Shown: positions 54,906 through 64,000 of the stretch, piece by piece
Layout of the letters: each line of letters starts with the position of its first letter
How positions within the stretch are numbered: the stretch's first letter is position 1
Assembly (NCBI GenBank): GCA_000165425.1
Contig: CT868056.1
Span: 124,001-188,000, forward strand
DNA length: 64,000 nt
DNA from: Paramecium tetraurelia
Taxonomy: Eukaryota
Reading direction: 5' to 3'
The notes under the pieces: generated by a model
Seen by the model: the letters and a program-made list of their open reading frames with translations, nothing else
What the model was told of the DNA's origin: nothing
Database searches by the model: none
Made by a program: the position numbers and the translations under genes

Positions 54906-56426
54906 TCAATACGATTATCTTTTTAACTATTGATTCTCTTGTTCTAATTATGAGATTCTCTAAACTAGATTGCTTTGTTCCTTCATATACTGATCCAAGA
55001 GTTGTTGCATTTCATTCTGTTAAATCTAGAACTGTCTAATCATGTCAATATGCATCGAACTAACACTATCTTAAACAATCTTTTTTAATTGATATGATTA
55101 TTCATTGATCTGTTGCTGAATGAATTTCTTCTACTCATCAGTGAAGCTAGATAGAAGTAAAAATAAAGCAATTACTCGTTTTATCCTCCAATAACTCTGC
55201 TCACCTCGTATTTTCTAGAGATGTCCTCGATTTTGCTAGTACTTTAGTCAAATTTAGATTACTAACTTGATTACACACGAGATTGGACTATTACCTAAAT
55301 AAATTGGATTTAGTTTACATTGATCATATTGCATTTGCTTTTGTTACTCAATCTTAATCATTGACTCCTTATTACTCAAAGCATTCAAATCCTTACTACT
55401 ATCCTTCTTAATATCCTAAATAGTTGGGGATTTAGCTTAATTGATCTTTAGTTACGATTGCACACTCAAGTTGCTTTCATTTAACAGTCTTTATGATGCT
55501 GGAGGTTGTTGAGATTACGCTTCAATGTTTTAATATTCCATATAGTTTACACTAGAGTTGTCGTGTCCTCTAAACTGCAATTTAGGCTTTTAGGTCATTC
55601 TTATATCGTACACATAGATCTATCCATAGAGAGTGCCCACGGTAACAGAATAATCGTCATTTTGCATTGCCACTGAATTCAATGGATTTTCACACGCAAT
55701 TGTATGAGTTACCTTTTTATCAACAATACTATAAAGATGACATTTTTAATCGGTTCCAACACTGCAGACTAACGATTAAGTAACACTTAGTCCTGTCACT
55801 TTACTTGTATGTTAGGATGAGAAATTGCAATGATATTCATTTTTATTTAGATCAAAGATTGTCACAGACCCATCATTACTGCCTGAACACAAGAGATTTT
55901 TGCTCATAAACTTAACTGCCTTAAATCCAGGGGTTTTTGATCCTTTTAAATTGAAAGTGGATACTGCTATCTATGTACTTACATCATGGACAAGAATATC
56001 GCCTACGTTAGAAGCACTTGCAATTAGGGTGTTTGCAGAATTCCAATGTAAAGAATTAATCTATGAATAATGTCCTTTGAGATGACTTTGAATAGTTTTC
56101 TTTTTCAAATCCCATACCCGCACAATTGAATCATGACCTCCACTTGCTAAATATTGACTATTTGATGTGAATGAAATCGCATTAATTGCTTTTCCATTAT
56201 GCTCCAAAGGCAGAAGTGATTAACCATCAGTAGATCGACTCAAAACGATAACTCCATCATTGCCGCAACTTGCAATTACACAATCTATTAAATAAACAGT
56301 ATTGATACTATTGTGATTCCAAATGCAACAATTAATACTAGATTTATGTGGACTGATTCTTAAAATAGGGTCCATTGATTAATCATGTATGAGAATACTT
56401 TTACCACATGAAACCAATTAACTCAT
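54906..56426 (-). CDS. NEDD1: NEDD1/GCP-WD gamma-tubulin ring complex targeting protein
   Basis: N-terminal WD40s (WNHN..IASCGNDG, YLASGGHDSIVRVWDLK, IYVYDIR) plus C-terminal SMHIDMIRQFQIQQNEMQQLLDQY..LEQENQQLKR matching the NEDD1 tail. Confidence 0.82.
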
Positions 56427-57014
56427 TTCAAATATATAATATAATTTTTGATAAAATAATATTCATATTTTGCGCCAACATATTTAATATCATTATCATC
56501 TGTTCTCATTCCATCCATTTTATATTTATTAATCACATTTAGCGATTTAATTTTCCATTCTTTCTCATAAGAAAATATTTTAAATTTTAGGTATTTTAGA
56601 TAAAATTTATATATGATTTAATAGAATTTTGCAATATTTAAGTAACTTTTTATATTGGGTGATTTTAATATAAAAGTATAATTTTGTTGGAATTTTCTGA
56701 TCATCACCAATCTGGCTTAATAAATAGATAATATTATAAATATATTATTTTAAGATAATATTATAAATATATTATTATTAATTCAACTCTTTATTGCTTT
56801 AAAAAATTATAACTTATTTATCCTTACTAGGTTTATTTTAATTTATTAAGTCATTATCACATGTTTTTTAAGCAATTTCTTACTTTTAAATCACGATACT
56901 GTGAAATATAACTTTTAGATAGTATCATATTTCATCTAAATATATATATATAATTAAACCAATTCTAATACATATAATTCATCTCTTTATTAATGCATTA
57001 ATTAATATAATAAT

Positions 57015-57627
57015 ATGCATAGTAGACAACATGTTTCAATAAAGAACCTTGATTAACCCAAATTGGATTCAACTCAAGTTCGTCGTAAGAGTTGTGTTTG
57101 TGAATATTGTGGGACTACAGCTCTGAAAGAAGATCGTCTACCAAATTAATTATGTGAAATAGCCTACCACAAATAAGAACGAATTGGCTGATGTCTTTTT
57201 GAGTAAATTGGAAGGAGCAAGAAAATATATGAGGAATGACCAAAAAAAAAAGAATTTCAGAATATACGCCAGAAATCCACTATTTATACTACGTTCTCAG
57301 CCTGATCTGGAAGAAAGTATGCATCTTCCAACTTCACCTACAAAGGCTCACACTCCAGAAAAAGAACGTTTAAAGACCGAGCAACCTTAGATTGCTCCTT
57401 ATAGATCCTACAAATACATTCCCACTTCAAATTGCTTTCTATAAAATATGAAGTAACAGGTTATGCGTTCTAACAAAACCATCAATCGATTACTCACTGA
57501 TAGAAAGGTAGTGTAATCATTTCAGTTTTCCACTTCTGACAAACTACCAGTCACGAAATCTCCTTAAAAAAATAAAAAAAGCTTTATTAAATAACTGAAG
57601 CCTCTTCCTAAATAGAAATTACTTTAA
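57015..57627 (+). CDS. Hypothetical basic protein with RRKSCxCxxCG motif; needs a +1 frame change near 57125
   Basis: MHSRQH..RRKSCVCEYCG in one frame, ADVFLSKLEG..SPTK in the next frame to TGA 57625-57627. Confidence 0.45.
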
Positions 57628-57729
57628 ACTAAATTTGACTGCATGATCAGATAATTTTTTAACTCATCAAAAGCCAAATAATTCTGATGAAATGATTATA
57701 ATTTTTTTGTGTTTATTAAACATTATTCG

Positions 57730-59207
57730 ATGCAAGAGACTGAGCAATCAGAAAAAGATATGATAGGTTCTCTTCTTGATGGTAATCACTTTTCTTAATT
57801 CCGTAGACGACGAATCAAAATGCTCAGAATTTCGATCTTCCATTACCAAATCCCAGTAGCATTCACAATCTGTAATTATAATATAGATTTCTTTTAGCCA
57901 ATCAAAAGTTTCAAGGATCTAAAAGAGAGTCCTGTTATAAATGAGGATCCCAAGTATTCTTAGAAATATTGATCTAGTTAACAAGAATTTCCTGCTGCCG
58001 ATCCTAGCAACTTCTATATTACAGTGTAGCCGACATTCATTCAGCAACGACAACATTCCTTAAGTCACGAATTCCACTCATACATGCTGCCTCAACAACC
58101 AGTTTACTATCCTTGTCAAGAAGGCTATTTCTCTTAAAAAAGAACAAAAAAATTACAATTATAAACAGAGATTGATTCAACAATTGTACAATTTATTTAA
58201 TTAAACTACCTTAGTCACAATAATGTTAAGATCAATACGCCTCTTTGATTATTCAATAGTCGTTCATCTAAGGAAATGAGTATTAAAGAGAGAAAATATT
58301 TAAAGGCCTAGTTGATGATTTACTCCTACTGTCAAAACACAAATTTGGAAACTATGTCATCTAGAAGATAATTGAAAACAGTAATCAAAATACCAGAACA
58401 CTTATTTTTGAGCAATTAAACCCTCATATTTTAGAATTGTCTTATGACAGATTTGGTTGTAGAGTGATACAAAAATTGCTAGAATTTATTCTCAATTAAC
58501 TAAAAGTCTAACTCATAAATTAACTCAAACCATACGCCTTAAAATTAATATTCGATCAGTGTGGAAACCATGTTATTTAAAAAATAATAGATTTGGTTAC
58601 TGATGCTGATTTTATTATAGATCTGGTGACAAATAATGTAGATAAAGTTGTATCCCATCCTTATGGATGCAGAATAGCTTAGAAATGCTTAGAAATGTTT
58701 CCCAACGATCAATTGTAGGCACTTTACATATCTTTGATTCCACTATGTGAAAGATTATCATTTTGTTAATATGGGAATTACATTGTTTAAAAAATGATAA
58801 ACTCAGGACCCCCAAAAGGATTTGAAGTCATAGGAAAGTTTATCAAGCAAAGAATAATAGAAGTCAGTTAAGATAAATACGCTAGGTAAAATTGTTAAAT
58901 CTAATGTAGTAATGTAGCTCAAAGGTACATTACTTTTGCTTAAGATGAGGACATTGCAAGCATTTGCAAGATTCTCATGAATTAAACTGTGCCACCCATG
59001 CTATTAATTTTGATTAATAATTCCTTTGGAAATTATGTAATGCAAAATTTTTATTCGAAATGCAATGATAAATAAAAAGAGTAAATTCAAATTCAAGTCT
59101 CAAAATACGAAGAACATTAATTCACTTAATTTGGTACTTTAAATTTAATAATAACTATAATAGGTCGACATTTCTTATAATATTTAGCCAGATTTCATGC
59201 TTGTTGA
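57730..59207 (+). CDS. Pumilio/PUF RNA-binding protein (8 repeats)
   Basis: Repeat cores SLIIQ, NYVIQ, CRVIQ, NHVIQ, CRIAQ, NYIVQ, SNVAQ, NYVMQ; introns 58886-58909 and ~59134-59163. Confidence 0.92.
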
Positions 59208-59290
59208 TTGTTTTATTTTTATTTTATATATGAATATTAATATTATGTATATTTTTATAACAGTTAAATTAGAAATACAAAGAAACAATA

Positions 59291-62200
59291 TCAAAATATA
59301 TTACATTTTGGCGATTATTGTGTTTATAATTCAAATTACTTTTTTGGCGTATAATTATAAACTTAAAATTACTATTGATTCTGCTGCTATTTCTCAATTC
59401 TCTTTTACTTCTCAATAACCTCCTTTTTGATGTCATTTGTATTAATTTTCAACTATTTATTGTCACTGTATATCAGCCACTTCAGCCATTCCTTTTTAAA
59501 GTCCATTTGATTATTTAGAGTATCTATTCTTGAATACGTCTTTCTAGGCTTCTAATTATTTTACTTTCCATCCAAATAATGTGATAACAATAAATTTAGA
59601 ATGCTTTGAAAGAGTTTATTTTACCTTACAGATTAACAATCTTTAGATAAGGTAAAGATTTCTCCTATTGGCACATAAAAATATCTGATTGGATGAATCA
59701 AAAGATCAAGATTCTATTCCTAATCAGATTTTTATAGATTGTACAATAACCCTAAGATTTGTTTTTCTTCACTTACTCTCAACATGTCTGATTTTAATAG
59801 TGAATAGAGTGTGTAATATGGTAATTAACATAACTTTTCGTTATAATTATATCCACACCAATGCATGAGAGCAGAATGAAGTGGATCTTCTTGTATGTAT
59901 ACCTTTAACCATAATTAAGAATTCACAGTTTATATATCCTCAAATCCCACAGTGTGAAATTAATTTGTTGGATAAGTATGATACATAACTCTCTCATTGC
60001 TCTATTCTTATTTGTTAAGTATGGCTACTTTAACTAAGACACTGATAAAATTCAATTTGGTATACTAAGGTAATGATTCATCCATCAAATTATCTTCAAG
60101 ATTCATGTACTTTAGATTATTTTTTATTGAACCCCTTTCTTGCAAATAGATTGATATGATATTCTAATCATTAATATCAATGATCAATCTCCAAGCAAGA
60201 CTTTAGGAGGCAAAACATTCTGAAATCACAATTGAATTACCAACCACATTGTTGATTTTCATTTCATAAACCAATTTGTTGATTTTACAAGTATTTGCAT
60301 TTTATTGGTAAAATGAATATTCATCAAACAATGATTCAGAATAATGAAATTCTTAATCAGTAAAAATAGAGCTTCTCCTTCTTTTGGTTTCTTGAAGTCT
60401 TTAAGGATAAACAATAATCTAATTATTTAATAGAGGCAAATTCTATTCGAATTGATGGTTCGTGAAATCTTTGTACTTGAATCCACAATTAGATAAATGG
60501 TCCATAGACAATTACTTAAGTAGATCTATTTGTTAACATTGCTTTTTTTCTGTAATCAACCACAATAAATTGTCAACTCCTTCGAAATCAGTCTACATTA
60601 AAGGTTGCTAAACTAGAAAATATATTTCCTCCGGCGTCATCAAATCAAATATTTTCTTGTATCTATTTTACATCTATTAATCTTAAATTATGGAATCATC
60701 CTATCTCCCTCTAATTTGATTGATTATCGTTCTGCAATTTAATGAAAAGTAAGTTACTGTATAAACATAAACAAATTTAAAAATGTAAGAAAGGTGGGAG
60801 TTCTAATTCCTAAAACCTATAACATACCAATCCAGTACAAATTCATTGATCATCATAGGAATTACAACTCTACTTATCAATTATTCTATCAATTGATATA
60901 ACTCTAATTTCTCAGCCAATCTATAAAATTTAATTGATTAATGGATTCCTACTTCATTCCATTCAGAATCTGTCAGTTTACCCAAGTAAATGTATTTGTA
61001 AACCAAATCAAATAACTATAAGTTGTCAACTTACAAAATTAACTCACATTATTTAGTTTCTAACAATTCCTTGAAGTAGTTGGAAACCTAAATCAAAACT
61101 GATTTATGAGATTTGTATTGATAATCATTAACTAGTAAAACAATGTCTGAAAATTTCTCATTTCGATACAATGCATTAAAATTGTGATTTTTGTGATCTA
61201 AAAATAACCAAATTATTTACATCTTGTCGATTAACTTAATAGACCTTATTCAATTTCTTACATCTTTTTTTATGCTCTATTTGATCTCAAATCTACAAAG
61301 TCGTAAGGGTGGATTGAATTAATTTTGAGTTTGCATTTGAATGGAATCTCATTGTCCTTTATTTAAGCCCCTTCCTTCTAGAGTATTTTTTAAGTATTTG
61401 ACAATTAAAATTCAGATTTTTTTTGTTGCTTTATTGATTAACGTATAGAATATCTATAAGATGTTTTGTTTTAAGGTTCAGGATTTGAAGTTCTCTTCTT
61501 TATGATAACAGATTCATCTTGTTTTTGAGGACTAAAAGACCACTTTTTAGGAGAAATCTCCAATTAAGGTTCTTCAAAATAATACTGCTCTTCAGGCTAT
61601 TATATTTATAAATTATTTGGATATTATTGCAACTACTGATGATATTGCATCATTTGATATTGTAATTACTATTATTAATATAATTGCTATTGTTATTATT
61701 ATTAGAATAACTATTGCTATTATTATTCATAATAATATTATTATTGTTATTATTAGTATAAATATTATTACTATTAGTATTACTATTATTGTTGCTGCTG
61801 ATAATCTTTATTTTAATTTAAGAATAGCTGTGGTTGTTAATTATAGAATTAATTTTGTTATTATTGTTATGAATATAATTCCTAAGTTTCAAAATTGCGA
61901 TTAGAAGTGTGCTATTAAGAACTACCAAAATAGAGCGACTCAACATTGTAAGGTTAAAATATTTGTTAGCTTTACTACAAATTATTCGAAGGATTTTCTA
62001 CTTCCCTACACAGATCTTAATAAATATTTTGTAACTATTTTGGATCCAGCAGATTGCTTAGATGTTCATTAATAGCAGAATCCTGAGTAGTTACAGTTTG
62101 ATTTCTTATTTCTGAGATTGTAGACTATTCCTTGTGAGTCAGAGGAGCATATGGATTATGATGTTTATCCAACATTTAAGAATCAGAACTGGTTAAGCCG

Positions 62201-63275
62201 TCTATAAGACTAGGAAATTTAGGGGCATTTAGGTATTTGGACTCTAAATTTTTGGTATACAAATCCAAATCATCAGGCTTTGCACTGGATTATTCGTATT
62301 GGTTTTCTTCAATTCGAAACAATTATAAATTTTTAGAAGTGGTTTATGGTACTTTTGGATGGTGCTCTTGTTCAAAACCTGTGAACTTTTAGCCTTTGAT
62401 TTATTCTATTTTATATTATAGATTTGATTTAATAGGTTGAAGAGGGTCTCTAGCTGAGAGTAAGTACAGTTATTTGAGAATAGGGTGGGATGGAGACTGC
62501 AATGACTTTTATTCTTTGAGTTAGACTTCTCCAATTTAGGATTCACAAAAGAATTGGAGAACAGGAGTATTGCCAAATTTATGAGAAATCAAAGGTAGTA
62601 TCTGTGTACTTGAGTTATCAATAAACAAATCGAACAACCAAACGTTTTGATTGTCTAGTGTGATCTATTTTTATTTGGTATCAGTATCTTATAGTTCATA
62701 GTATTAATCTCCATCAACAAATTGCATTCCACTCAATTAAGAATGATAATTCAGCCATCCTTGAATGTGGAGTCCAGTGTTCTTTTGAGTAATGGAGTCA
62801 ACAATCACATATTTGGATTGCAATACGATTAATAATAGATAGAAATTTGAGTTTTCATAAAGATGAATATAACAATGCGTTAAATGCTACTAATAAATGA
62901 TGGGATTGTTTATTTGCTTATTGAACATCGATTTAAATTTTTATTTGGTGGAATCTGAGAGTCGACTACAATATGGTAATTTAGAGATATACTTGCGATA
63001 TCCGCTAATGAGTTTAGAGTAATCGTTGGTCTTCTATTTCATTATGTGATCAGATAGGAAATGGATATCTGTCCCAAAATTATTGATTACAGCCAGGATG
63101 TCATTTGGATTGATGCATGGCGATTGCTTGGGTAATTGTGAAATATGATTACTTGCATTTCACTGTTCTATGAGATGGATTCAAATAAGGGGGTGAGACT
63201 GGTATCAAAATATAGAGGGTTTCCTCTTACACAATTCAAATCCCTAAGCAATTCAACTGCAAATTAATTTAACAT
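59291..63275 (-). CDS. Large BTB/POZ-domain protein with Q/N-rich tract and C-terminal CaaX motif
   Basis: NEKFSDIVLLVNDYQYKSHKSVLIQVSNYFKELL; poly-Q/N at ~61600-61900; ends PKCNIF-TGA. Confidence 0.8.
61600..61900 (-). repeat. Low-complexity Q/N-coding tract
   Basis: (att/att/gct)-type triplet repeats reading TAA/TAG/CAA/AAT on the minus strand. Confidence 0.8.
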
Positions 63276-63325
63276 ATATAAAAAGTTCAAATTTTATATT
63301 GAATTATTTTGATTAATCCATAATT

Positions 63326-64000
63326 TCATATATTACTTATCTTATAACTGCAATTGTAATTTGAAGTGATTCTTTGCTTGAAATCATCAGAGGTAGAAAC
63401 AGTGACTTCATCTCGGACAGCAAAGGTTTGTTCTTTGGATAGAGAGTTGCTCTTCACCTTATTGGCTAAATCATCAACACTTATTCCCATGGTTTAAGTG
63501 ATCATGCCTTGTCCATACACCTAAAGGGAGAGCTTTCCTGAAGTGAAAACCTTGTCATAAAATTAAAATAGATCCTGTTTTGTAACCATACCAATATACT
63601 GTGCAGCAATATCCTTTTCTTCAAATGCCAAATCATTATTCTTAATGTGTGACCAAGTGCTTCTTGCCTTGTCCTTAAGATTCTTCTCAACTTCCTTCAA
63701 TCCGGATATCTAAAATTATGATAGAATATATTACAGTGGTTGTTTTGAGTTCCTCAAATTATTGATCAGTCATCTCTTTCAATTCTCGTCCATAATTAAT
63801 TAAGAACTCTTCTATATGTTAATTCACAACATAGGGAGGTTTCGCTGTTCCCTAAACCAAAATTTGAGCACTGTCCAAACAGCCAACAGGCTTGAATTTG
63901 ACACTTACAACATAACCCAATTATAATTATGTACGCAAATAGGCATATGCTGCATTGTGGAGAATCTTATATAATAAATTCATCATTGCTAATTACTTCT
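63326..64000 (-). CDS. 3' part of insulinase (M16A, IDE-like) metallopeptidase
   Basis: AYAYLRTQLQLGYVV resembles the IDE LRTxEQLGY motif; EEFL..MTDQQFEELK; KLSLQVYG; TGA 63326-63328. Confidence 0.8.

Noticed and set aside
56730..56780. Direct repeat attataaatatattatt and similar AT repeats; also the near-palindrome at ~26990-27014
   Set aside because: Low-complexity AT-rich sequence, expected by chance
61617..61904. Plus-strand Ile-rich 95-aa ORF resembling a membrane peptide
   Set aside because: Antisense shadow of the TAA/TAG/AAT-rich Q/N tract of the BTB gene

Overview
AT-rich eukaryotic DNA from a ciliate macronuclear chromosome, almost certainly Paramecium. Conserved Gln positions are TAA/TAG, only TGA terminates, introns are 20-30 nt GT..AG, and several gene spacers are only 16-40 bp. 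The supplied ORF track uses the wrong genetic code, so all genes were re-read by eye with translation table 6. About 35 genes or pseudogenes are present. They include a MORN protein, two Kelch proteins, an AGC kinase, a hybrid histidine kinase, an HSF, RPL11, an LMBR1-like protein, a transmembrane RING-H2 ligase, glycogen branching enzyme, a CBM20-TPS-TPP fusion, beta-tubulin, NEDD1, a Pumilio protein, a BTB protein and the 3' end of an insulinase. The stand-out is 40876-42859(-): a pore-less four-helix voltage-sensor domain (S1-S4, Hv1/VSP-like) fused directly to an intact class I cyclic-nucleotide phosphodiesterase, i.e. a candidate voltage-sensing PDE. No database searches were run, so novelty is unverified.
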